A stretch of 58,375 nucleotides of DNA, the filler included, from Sphacelaria rigidula (lineage: Eukaryota): NCBI GenBank assembly GCA_964200075.2. It is 9 parts of 9 records of this genome, joined end to end, with 100 filler letters (N's around TTAATTAATTAA, not from the genome) between each part and the next. Parts side by side here need not be neighbours in the genome. Positions count along the whole stretch, not along the records: positions 12,997 to 19,394 come from CAXNAA020020327.1; positions 19,495 to 25,891 come from CAXNAA020020328.1; 7 more parts are not named here. One strand, 5' to 3'. Shown one piece after another: positions 13,182 through 24,253 of this stretch. The notes beneath the pieces were generated by a model. The model made no database searches. It had not been told where the DNA came from and saw nothing but the letters and a program-made list of their open reading frames with translations. Numbering within the stretch: the first letter of the stretch is position 1; each line of letters opens with the position of its first letter. The position numbers were made by a program, and so were the translations under genes.

Positions 13182-13392
13182 AAAATCTGTGCTCCTTCTT
13201 TCCAACATCACCGTCACTCTTCGTAACATTTCTCACCAGTCTCAACGTCATGAGACTACAGTACACCAAAGGACGCGGGGGCCTCCTGCCAAGTCTGTTC
13301 TCCTTCTTTCCAACATCACCGTCACTCTTGGTAACATTTCTCACAAGTCTAAACGTCATGACACCACAGTACACCGAAGGACGAGGGGGCCG
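13182..13392. repeat. Tandem duplication, ~108-bp unit x2
   Basis: ctccttctttccaacatcaccgtcactctt.gtaacatttctcac.agtct.aacgtcatga.ac.acagtacacc.aaggacg.gggggcc occurs twice. Confidence 0.9.
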
Positions 13393-13871
13393 TAGGCCCC
13401 AGCGTCCGAAGCCCTTGTATAAGATAATAAGATGAAAATATCATTATCACACGCAGTACAGGGGAGTAGGTGAAAACATCCCCTCAGGGCCTGACGGTGA
13501 CTGTCTCCGAATACAGACAGTAGACGGGGGCATGACTGAGATAAATGTGACGTCGGCGTCGCCTTTGTTATTGCAACTTAGGCGCAGGCTTGCCATGATG
13601 CGGCACGAAGCATCTACTGCAGGTGCGGCGTGAAGATTGCTTCACGAAAGGGCAGCCATGCACTCTGACAGGGGTTAGAAAACACCGACGGGTCGAAAAA
13701 TTCGTCATGCCCGTAGAATAGATGACCTTCTTATCTTTTACGTTCCATTGGCATGGGTGTGAAAAACATGCTTTGGGCGAATCGTTTGCTCAAAGGCTGT
13801 AGAAAAACAATCATCTATTTCCCGGAAAAACGTCAAATGTAAATCGTCAATTTTCCATCAACGGTTCCTAA

Positions 13872-14344
13872 GGCGAACTCTAATGGGAGCCATTCAAAAT
13901 TCCAGTCGAAAACTGGCTTTTTGGTCCTTCTCCGTCGATTTACGCTCGAGAAGAGGGCTAGGCGGATGTTGACGCGTTGAAATGGCTTGCTCTACTCGTT
14001 GAGACCGTTCTAGGGCAACTCTGGATTTTCCGCTGGCCGCACTTCTGTTTTTGACCATATCAGGCCAAACACGAATTTTCAGTAAAAAAGGGTCAGGTGA
14101 TCAAAATTCCCCTCTTGTTTTTTTATCGTTTGGCCGTTTTTTGTTGAAAATCCGTGTTCGGCCAAAGATGAAAGTGCGGCCAACGGGGTATGCAAATTTG
14201 TCCTGGAACGGCCTCAACGAGTAGAGCAAGTCATTCCAAGACGTCAACAGCCGCCTAGCCCTCTTTTCAGGCGTAAAACGACGGAGAAGGGCCGAAATGG
14301 CAGTTTTCGACTAGAATTTTGAACGGCTCCCATTAGAGTCAGTC
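13872..14344. mobile_element. PIF/Harbinger foldback MITE
   Basis: TIR ACTCTAATGGGAGCCATTCAAAATT.../...AATTTTGAACGGCTCCCATTAGAGT with long inverted arms. Same family as 46947-47419. Confidence 0.8.
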
Positions 14345-14751
14345 TGGAGAGTTAATGTTTCCGCCAGATTCATTTGTCGCATTTCCCGCGGAGCAACACC
14401 AAAACAGTTTCCCCCGAAAATGCCGACAAGTTGGTTGACGGCGACAGCGGTACAATCAGAGCTATCTAGCCGTGCTACGCGAAGCTCCCCTTTGACCGCG
14501 TCTTATCGAAAGGATAAAATGAGAATGGGATTGACGGTCCGAAACCTCATAAAAAAAGAGAGATTTCCCGCCTTTGCTATCAACGGCAATAGAAAATGAA
14601 GGTGAGAACAAGATAGCGCGCGAAGATATCGGTGCACCACGCGCCAACAATCCCGCTGGCACCGGTGACAAAGCTGCTGCGGCGTTCTCGGCAAACCTTT
14701 TTTGCCCTCTTTCGCAATATCATCGTATTATTCACCCTTCCTCAAGAAAGG

Positions 14752-15100
14752 TCAGTCGTCCCGGTGGCTCAGTTAGTAACCTCGAAACCTCCTGATGGTT
14801 GGGTAGTGGGTTCAATTCTCGGAGCGACCTGGGATTTTTTTCACGCCATGCCCAACAGTGGGGAGCGACTATGTCGTCGGTACACAAAATTCGGCTTAAC
14901 GATTGACGAGGGAAACGGACTGCTGAACCCCTCCCGCGATAAAAAAAATAAAGGCAAGCACCGCACAAGGAAGGTGGGGTACTAAACACAAATGAAGAGG
15001 GAAAAGGCCCGGCGTTGACCTTCTTGTATGACCCCGGCTGGTGCGCCCACTTATACCGAAAGGTGTAGACCGGCGCCCAGAATAGATGGGACGACAACAG
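14752..15100 (+). mobile_element. tRNA-derived SINE family 1 copy
   Basis: A box TGGCTCAGTTAG, B box GGTTCAATTC, shared body. Confidence 0.85.
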
Positions 15101-17061
15101 AAGACAGGTATTGAAATATTTACATATATATATATTATGTATGTTGGAGTGATTGTGAAGCAGGCGATCATATATGGAACATCAGCCCTTCGCCAATGAG
15201 AAAGATGAGAAAAAATGAAACCGTCACTCATTCTCATTTAACAATCCCAATGTCAGGCCGACATGGCCGTGTCTCAACCCTTCGACAGCCACGGTAGATC
15301 ATCACGGAAAGACTTGCTGAACTGGACAAGGGGATTTTCCGTCTATGGTACACCCACTTGGACTCTGTCCGAAATAACGATTTCTCACGCAGCTCACGGA
15401 AAATCTTCGAGTTCCTCCAAAAAAAGACGTACAAGTCCCAGAGAGGCACGTCTGAGATGTACCTGAGCGATTCCGAGCGAAAACGCCATATGTTGGGCGT
15501 TCTCTCAATCCCCGTACATTGGATCCAAAATAGTATATTTTGACGGAGAAAAGCACGATGATGTACAGTTTCTCGAAGAATGAATGCCTTACCAAAGAAG
15601 TTATGTGCGACTGAGTTTCACGTGCAACCCTGCGCCAAAATATCAACTTAGTGTAACAGTTTTTCGGGGCAGAATCTCAGCTCTTTTCATCCCCTCGCGC
15701 ACTGTTGCAACACCCAACCCCAGAGCCAGACACATGGGCTTGTTGATCGTGGATACATGACATGTGACCGAAGTCTCAGCGCCGTGGAGCGACGACAGCA
15801 TGCGTGCGATCGTGCCTCCCGCATTGAGCATCTTTACAGGCAATACCAGAACGACTCTTTCACATTGTGCCATTATCCAGAGAGTGTGCCAGTGCTGATC
15901 AGTACTGATCATGTGTGTTTGTCAGCACTGCACCCTCCCAGGTGCTCATGATGCGGAGGTGGGTGCACCACCATATACACGTATGTATTCACTTGAAGTG
16001 CACAGAATCTGGACCGCGAGATAGCCGTTTTGAGGGCGTTTCGACGGTATTGCTGTATTCGCCTTGCTTAATTTGCTCGGTGGCCGAAAGGAGCTATTCT
16101 CCGGTGCACATACTGCCTGTGTTGTGCCCGACTAGTGCACAAAGTTTCACGCGAGTGAGTTCAGCCGCGGTCGAGAAATTAACAAGCAGAGTTTATGTTC
16201 AAAAGGGCAATTGTTTTTGTGTGCGGGACAAGGGCGGGCATTCACAACTATAATGCGGGCATTCACAACTATAGCGCGGGTATTCTGGTATACTCAAGTG
16301 TTCTTTTTACTTTTGTGCCAAAATGGAAATCGACCATGGTGTCTATACAGTGAGTGCCTCTGCTGTGCCAGCTTTCCGGAAGTGTCCATCGCTAGTTTGT
16401 GCGAGTTCTTCAATGAGGTAGCTACGGAGATTTTTCACACATCTAGCGTTAAACGATTCGTGGCTATGTGCTGGTATAACTGTGATGGCATGCTTTATCG
16501 AATCTGCTGACCTCAGCGAGTCTTCTTTTTGTAGGGGTGGTGTAAAACGTGATACTGAATCATGCTGAACGCCCGTTAAGACCCTTTATACAATACGGAC
16601 CGTATACGGACAGCACAGACTTGTACGTGCAGTACACAGTAAGTACTGTCAGCGTAGCCTATGTGGGCGGCAAAGTTTCCGAGAGATGATCTGAACAGCG
16701 GATGAACTCAGCGGGCAGTTTTGCACTGTCTGCACACGCGCCATGACCAGCAGCGGAGAAAAAGTGTTGACGGAGACCAAAAGGTCATGCTCGTAGCTAT
16801 CCCCAATGCCTGGAGGCACTACGTTTCTCACCCAGCTACTGGTAGCGCAGGGATGCAGCCATGCAATGACATACGCGCGGTTCTTGTTCGCTGCGGTACA
16901 CGCTATACTTCAACTCTCAAGCCACCCAGGAAGCATCCCAAGTAACCTCGACTTTACTATCCTTGCTACTAAAATACCATACTCGTATGTCTGCTGGTAA
17001 TACCGGCCTTCGCACATCGGAACTATTAGAATATCCACCGTCGAGCATCATCAGTGTTCAC

Positions 17062-17361
17062 CTGGAGGTACCGCTTGACTGTCTCTTGCAAGGGCGGGAT
17101 GGGTAGCCTTGGCAAGCCCAGCGGATTCCCGTACATCATGTCCACGAACGAAACACCTTCTCTTGGATCAGGCACGGCCTTGCTCGCAATTTGACGTTTA
17201 GTTCTCCCAACAGCACCGCCACCTGCGTCCGAGCTCGATAGCAATGCTTCATCCCGCAAAAGCGCTGCAGCAGCTACCCGGGTCCTACTCAGCATTGTCG
17301 TAAAACTGGACTTTCGGCGATCAATGGAACCCGAGAGGCGACCACGTGTGTGCAGCAACAT
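17062..17361 (-). CDS. Carnitine/choline O-acyltransferase, first coding exon
   Basis: Encodes LPRLPIPPLQETVKRYLQ (choline/carnitine acyltransferase N-terminal signature LPxLPxPxLxxTxxxYL), followed by donor |gtgaac. The start is ATG at 17361 or 17295 (MLSRTRVAAAALLR.., resembling a mitochondrial transit peptide). Downstream exons not identified. Confidence 0.85.
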
Positions 17362-18805
17362 GATTGCTGCACCGCCGTGAACAAAAGAAACAACTCTCAA
17401 CCGTGGGGCTGGAGGAACTCGGATCAAGATAGATCAGATACACTCGATAAAAATATATTTTCTGACCCGTGGTCAAATATACCAAGAAGCATATTTTCGT
17501 TGGCCGTCATGCACGCCATATGATAAGAGGGTACTTTATTACTCAACCGCAAACACAGGTTGGTTTTTCAGGTTCGATATATGAAGCTGAAATATAGGTT
17601 TCAAGATTTTATTTTTACTTTTGACGTCGATAACTTTGGGATAACCATTCGACGATCGGTCTGAATTAGAACATGACAAAGGTGTGTGATTGAGCGGAAA
17701 GACACCTACAGATGTACCGACCAGCGGTTCTTCGAGTAGGCAGTACACGGCTCTTTGTTTGAAACACACATCATGGGTGCGATTGGCATGATGCTGGCGG
17801 TATCGAGCGCTTCCGCTTCGCTTTGCTTCATCTACAGGTAAGACCCTGAATTTGATGCTCGAACTCTCATTCCTCATGCACAAACACTCGACCGGACAGG
17901 GCCATGCGGCACGACTCTGTACGGTACGCCCATCGTGTAGTGCAGTACACCAGTCATGTGACCATAAATATAAGATGTTTTGTTATTTACATATTCCTGA
18001 AAAGATGAGCTTATATTTATGCTCAGCGAGGCGGTTTCGTTTTGTCGGTTGTACTTTTGTACTCTGGAGTATTGTTTTCAGTTCGGTACAACAGTACCTC
18101 GAAAAAAGTAACTGCTGCTGGCTTTCTCATACGACTGGGGTACGAGACACGGCTCTCCTCCGTCTGGGTGTCGACACCATTCTTCTGGCTCAACTTCAAT
18201 TCTTCACTTTATTTCCTACTACATGACTTATTGGATTGTTTCTCGCCACTGGTATATGTGATACTGTCAGTCGAAACAACTTGTATCGAGCATCGAAGAA
18301 TCGGACCGATGCGCGTAGTTTGGGGGAGGGTGACTGTTGAACAGACAGTTTGGGCCAACTTCGATGAGAAAGGGACCGAAAACGTCCTGATTTTCCTGCC
18401 TCCGGCTTGCTCGCGCGGCATTAGTTCTGCGATATAAGTCAATAAAATTGCCATGCATCGGCCTCGCGGACCTTTGATACCTATTATAATATTACGTTGC
18501 TTATCGATATTGATACCGATACACAATCTCCAAGTTATACAGTATTGGAGGTTGGCACCGAGTGGCGAAGAAAAAACGGGTACCGGGATATGGAGGCGTT
18601 ACTCTAGGAGGTACTATACTACCGGCGAGTACTCGCCGGTTTCAGCACCCGGTATTCGGCATACCGGGTACCCGCCGGTACTGCGGGCACTCATAGTGAA
18701 GGCGAAAAGCGACACCCACCGGACAGGATTTTCTTTTTGGGAAGGTCATGAAAATGACCTCATGAAGAGTAGAATAAATAGTGATGGTGGTGGTTGTGGC
18801 AGCAG

Positions 18806-19394
18806 CAGTGTCGTGAACCGAAGCTGAAAATGGCTCGGTCGGTTTTTCGTTTTTCTCGAAAAAGTCGGTCGGTTTCGGTCGGTTTAAAAAAAAAAAAAAA
18901 GGACCGAAACCGACACTGAAACCGAGCACTTCTCGGTCGGTTTTTCGACGAAACTAAAAAACAAAATTATTTTTTCGGATTCTCGAAGAGCTCGTTGCGC
19001 AATACGGGCGGTTGGCATTATTATGTGACCAGTGAAAAGATGGATCATATGATAGCGGTGTCCAGTGGCCTTCCTGCCTACACCTCCGACCGCTGCGCCA
19101 GATAATATGCACACTCGACACTCTAGTCTAGATATTGTGTAAATACAACTTCCGGCATGAGTGTCATAAGGCTTCAAATTCCTCGAAGCTGGAGATTGTT
19201 TAAAGGGGGATGTGAGATGTGAGCAGGAATAAGCACTGTGTGGGCTGTGGGCTGTGACGCCGTGCCTGTGAGTGTCTACATCGACCCATGGTTCGGCCGA
19301 TATTTGCTCAGGGGACACTTGAAAAAAAACGACCGAAAAAAAACGAGTCGGTTTTCGGTTACGGTCGGTTTTTGGCAACCAAAAAAACGAATTT
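18806..19394. mobile_element. hAT-like non-autonomous element (truncated by scaffold end)
   Basis: Begins CAGTGTCGTGAACCG. Clusters of AACCG/CGGTT/GTCGG subterminal motifs at 18815-18950 and 19325-19385. Confidence 0.5.
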
Positions 19395-19549
19395 NNNNNN
19401 NNNNNNNNNNNNNNNNNNNNNNNNNNNNNNNNNNNNNNTTAATTAATTAANNNNNNNNNNNNNNNNNNNNNNNNNNNNNNNNNNNNNNNNNNNNACAAAA
19501 GAGGACGCCCCCCCCCCCCCCCCACCCTCCGCCCCGACCCCGTGCCCAC

Positions 19550-21510
19550 GCGCATGCACCCCGGGTGACATCAAATCTCGAGCTTGACTTGCTTTTCGTC
19601 GGTTCCGCCCCCGCTCTTGTTCCTCTAAGCCCAAGACGACTGCGATTCCCGAGCTTGACCTCCTTCATGAGCAAGTCTTCTTTCTTCCCTGCCCCCCCCT
19701 GCTACGCGTATAGCACGCTGGGAAACACCGAATCCCGCGCTCGAATTCTTCAAGACGCAAGCCCCCACCCGCTCCCTCGCTCCCACTGTCTTTCGAGCTC
19801 GAATTCCTCCGGAACCAACCCCTTCTCCTTTCCCTGTCCTCACTACCCCGCGCATAGCACCCCGGGAGACACAATCGGTAACCTCGACTTATCTGCGAGC
19901 AAGAATTTCTCCTTCTCCATCCTCACTCATACGTGTTGTTGGAACCCCGGGTGATAGCACATGTCAAGCTTAAGCTTCCCTACAACAAAGCTTCCTATAT
20001 TTCCCGCCCCTACTCCCTCGCATATAGCACCCAGGACGATACCAAATCTCAGGCTCGACTCGTCTGCAAGCAAGCCCTTCCCCTCCCTCGTCCTCTCTCA
20101 CGCATTTTGCGCCCGGGGCGACCACAAATCCACAAATTTCAAGCTCGACTTCCGCGTTGAAAAAGCCCTCCCCCCCCCCCCTCCTCTCTTCTTTGTAATA
20201 CAGTATTGAGAGCAGGATTGGGAATATATCCACTCAGAACAATAGAGATATGACAAAAATGAAATAGTAACAGAACGTAAGGAGCATGCAAAGGAAAAGA
20301 TTGCCAGTCATTGTTGATAGAACTGTATGAAAGAAAACGACGAGAGGGCGGGCTGGAATAAATGGGATAGTGTAGTCGAGAAGGTATTGAAGCACATGGG
20401 AGGAAACCAAGACGAGATCATATCTGTTTGTGAGTGCGGGGGGTACCAGACAAAAGTAAGAAACATGATAGAGATAAGGGGAAAATAAGCGCTCAGACGC
20501 GAAGTAGACGAGGAAGAACACCTGGAGATATACGGGAGGTTGAGAGAAAGGATAGGGATGAAAACATACCTGCATGGCTAAATGGACTACGCGAAAAAAC
20601 TTGAAGCTCCTATTTCGGGTGGGGGACCTGGACCTGCCAGAGAGAAGAAAGAGGTACACCAGTAGTCGAGTGGAGGAGGAAGTAGATACACAGAATTGTC
20701 TCTGCTACAAAGCAGTAGAGAGTAGAACTCATATATCGGCACAATGTGAACTATATAAGAAGGAACGGAAAATGCAGACAAAGGTAGCATAAAATCGTTT
20801 GATACCGTAGACAGTAACGAGAAAACGATCGCTATAGTCGGAGATAATTGTTGGCCGCAGACGGCGAAACAGGACGGGGATAAGACATGTAAAAGGTTTT
20901 GTGTCATATATGAAAGAAACGTGATGAGCGCCCACATGTTGGAGGTGTCTTTATCAGGAGCAGGAACGGTGCCCCGTCTCGAAAGGGATGCGTGGTCGAT
21001 GGTCAAATGACTGAGGCAAGCAACACATGAGTACGCCCCCCTCTCGTCTTTGCGTTTAGCAACAAGGGCAACTACAAATCCCAAGCCCGGTTTCTCTCCC
21101 GGCGAGCCCCCCCTTCTTCGGCACCTCTATCACATGCGTGAAACCCGGGGCGACAACGAACCCGAGGCAAAAAATCTCCACAAGTAAGAATCCTTCCTCA
21201 ACGATTCCTCTCCCACTCAAACGTTTCATACCACGGGGCATATCAATACAGGACACACGAAGTATGGTCTTGTGATGATCGCAAATCCTCACCTCGACTT
21301 TCCCGGGAAAAGCACACCGGTTCCATTCCCCGCCCCGACTCCCACGCAAGTATCACGCACACCGATACAAAACCCTACCCTCAAATTCCTCCACGAGCAG
21401 ACACTTCCCCTAAACGGCCCCTACTCCCAAGCGTATCCCCCAACGGCTACAACAAATGTCGAACCCGGTTTTCTCCAAACGCACGTCCTGCTTCCTAACC
21501 CATCCCTTTC
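19550..21510. repeat. Degenerate ~75-85-bp satellite interrupted by a LINE
   Basis: Recurring ..gcacccggg.gac.caaatc.c.agctcgactt...gcaagcc + C/T tract at ~19552, 19627, 19705, 19850, 19940, 20020 and 20100, resuming after 21050. Confidence 0.65.
20192..21035 (+). mobile_element. LINE family A, longest fragment (decayed ORF2 C-terminus plus 3' end)
   Basis: Frameshifted translation ..KTYLHG*MDYAKKLKLLFRVGDLDLPERRKRY...NCLCYKAVESRTHISAQCELYKKER has the C-C-H-C zinc-binding pattern typical of non-LTR retrotransposon C-termini. Ends ATGAGTACG|CCCCC. Confidence 0.8.
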
Positions 21511-21529
21511 CCAGGGAAATTCCGCCTGT

Positions 21530-22800
21530 ACTATTATGGTGCTACCAGACGCTCTAGAAGACTTCGTGTTACGCTCTGATTACGAGCATGCGTTATTCGG
21601 AGGTCCCCTCGCATTTAAACCGACATGAAAACTCAGTACTGGTGGCCAGTCATCAGTCGAGATGTTCCCAAGTGGTGCATTGAATGTCAGGCATGCCAAT
21701 GCCGTAAAACGGTTCACAATCGTCCAAAACTACCCAGAGGCGACTGACCTATGGAAAGACTATTTCAACGAGTATCGACAGATTTAGTCGGTTGCAAATT
21801 ATGTCTGAGTCCTAAGCCGGTCTGCCGTGAAAATATATTATGTCCGTCATGGATTATCTGACGTGCTATGCACTTTTTATCCCAACCCCGTACGAATCAG
21901 CCATTACAGTAGCGCAAATGATGATCGACCGAGTCCTCACAGCCTTTGGCATACCAGACTAGTTGCACTCTAACTAAGGCATAGAGTTTCGAAAATCGAG
22001 TGATTTATCAGTCGCAAGCTTAAGCTTGAGAAAACCCGCGTGACTCTGTTCCGCCCTCAAGGCAACTCAGTGTCAGAGCGACTGCACCCAAATCTTGACG
22101 CCATGTTGGCAAATGCACAGTTCAGTCAAACAAGAGAACTGAGCGATTCTGCTACCTTGCAGATGGCGTATAACACACCATTCAACACGACAGGGCAGGA
22201 AATCCCGTACTACTCGATGTTCATGCGCCAGCCAAAGTTGCTGATTGATACAACTGTAGGCATTCCTGATGGATACATGAAACAGACGAAAAATAACTTG
22301 CAGCTAGCTTTTGAACGTGCAAGACGAAGTCTGGAACGACGTGCGAACAAGCAGAAAGCAAGAAATTGCAAGCTGAAGTATGACCCAGCTCTTCAACCCG
22401 GCCGGTAGTTATAATGTACAGGCCATAGCAAGACGTGGACGGTTCAAATCCAAAGTCGTCCTTACCTTGGCGAGGCTCATACAAAATATTTCGGTATATA
22501 GAGTCAAGTAAGTTGGGTCACGATGCCAAAGAAACGTCAATATATCTCACTTACTTGAAACGGTATCATCCACGAGAAAATCCATCAGTACCCGAGTTCG
22601 ATCGACCCGCCGAAAATCGCTTGGGAAAAAAACGCCTCAGCCGGCGGATGACCGTCCAGATGGGGCACAACCGAAAATCGAACGCTACACCGTTGACAAA
22701 GTGTCCGGGCAGAAAAAGCCACCTCAGCTGGAGATACCGCTTTCGACTCAAGGTTACGGCCCATCGGCAGACTTGGACTGGGGAGCGGAAGAGGTAATGT
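21530..22800 (+). pseudogene. Decayed Ty3/Gypsy integrase with C-terminal chromodomain-like segment
   Basis: Across frameshifts and stops: zinc-finger region (QYWWPVISRDVPKWCIECQACQCRK), core (VMDYLTCYALFIP...MIDRVLTAFGIPD*LHSN*GIEF; TLFRPQGNSVSERLH), PWRGSYKI, then RYTVDKVSG...YRFRL/GYGPSADLDWGAEEV. Confidence 0.85.
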
Positions 22801-23125
22801 CGACACCTCATGGGCGCGTACAGAATCGAACACAAGTTGAACATCGCGCCTCCACCGGACCCGCCGTTTCAAAACACGAGAAACAGAAAACGGGATGGCG
22901 TATGACTGCATCTATTCCTTCAAAAAAGCGTTTGCAGCGAAGGACAAATACATGTTGTTTTAGGGCCGACAAAATTCACTAATCATTCCACACTTAGTAT
23001 ATATAGGATATGACGCGCTCAGATATAGCTCATCATAGACGTGTCCATGTTGATATCATTCTCTCGAACGATCGCCTCAGTCCCTCGAATAGAGAGACTT
23101 GAGGCGCATAAACGGCGAGGGATGA

Positions 23126-24176
23126 TGTTGAAGTCATACTATTTTATGTGCATAATGAGTACCTGCATACACACATGTAAATCGGTGATGATTACGTCAC
23201 AAGAAACTAGCCCGATAGGACATGGGTAAGAGGTTCCGAAACCCTCACACCTGTACAGATCAACCTCTGGTACTCTAGGTAGAGGATTCTTGCGTTCAAG
23301 AGCCCAATACGACAGATTCACCGTAGGAACCCGGGAGGGGTACTCTGCACTCGGTACTCTGTACTCTGTAACCTGTGCAAGCTCAGCTCCAGTGCTCACC
23401 ACCCAGACTCACGACACTTTCTACGATAGCCCCCTCAAAAAAGTGGCTGGTTTGGGGAGGCAAAATGTATATTGTACGTGAATCGAACTGAAAAGAGCCG
23501 AGCACAACGAGCAGCTAGGAATTCCCACGCTTGGGTTCGTTTTCACCGATGTCGCCCACCCATATGAGGCGCTTCATGCAGCCTGAAACAAAACATCAAG
23601 CGCTGTATGACAATATTCTTTTTGACAGTCTTTGGCTAGTTTGGGGAGGGGGGTGTACTCATGATCATGCATGCCATAGTCATGAGTAGACCCCCCTCCC
23701 CAAACTAGTTGGGGGGGGGGGGGGGGGGGGGGACCGAAAAACGGTAACCATCCCCAACCCTTGCCGCAAGTACGAGGAGAAAAAACAACCCTCGGTTAGA
23801 GGTCCNNNNNNNNNNGGGGCGGGGTGGGGGGGGGTGGGTTGGGGGGGGGGGGGGGGGGGGGGGGTATCGTAGAAAGTGTCTCACAGCCAACCCTTGCCCC
23901 AAGTATGAAGAGGAAAAGCACACCTCGATTCGGAGATCCTTGGGCGGCAGGGCTACGACCGCAAACACAACCTTCTTCGGGGAGAACCGGAGATGACCTT
24001 CCTGGGTCGCAGTACGTTATCACATTGCAAGACTATACGACCCCAACGAAGGAGTAATCACGACGTTCATCGTAGTTCTAACTACCCCCTTCATTGGGAC
24101 GAGTGCGTAGTCTCGAGGGAGCAATCAAACTATCTCCCCTTCACTGTATACCTGCCTAATAAGCTATTATCAAGCA
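23126..24176 (+). mobile_element. Putative 3' LTR of the Gypsy element (contains a MITE insertion)
   Basis: A purine-rich tract aaacggcgagggatga is followed by TGTTGA; a possible end is TCAAGCA. No second LTR is available to confirm. Confidence 0.35.
23413..23880. mobile_element. MITE with GACACTTTCTACGATA TIRs and 4-bp TSD (TCAC)
   Basis: tcac|GACACTTTCTACGATAGCCCC ... GGGGTATCGTAGAAAGTGTC|tcac. The interior includes a gap and a low-quality duplicated read. Confidence 0.75.
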
Positions 24177-24204
24177 TATGGACCAGCACCGCCGAAGCTA
24201 CGGC

Positions 24205-24253
24205 TACTACTACTACTACTACTACTACTGCTACTACTACTACTACTACTACT
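24205..24253. repeat. (CTA)n microsatellite
   Basis: Direct reading. Confidence 0.95.

Noticed and set aside
16625..16900. Candidate second exon of the carnitine acyltransferase
   Set aside because: Splice-like signals exist but no frame resembles the expected continuation of the family.
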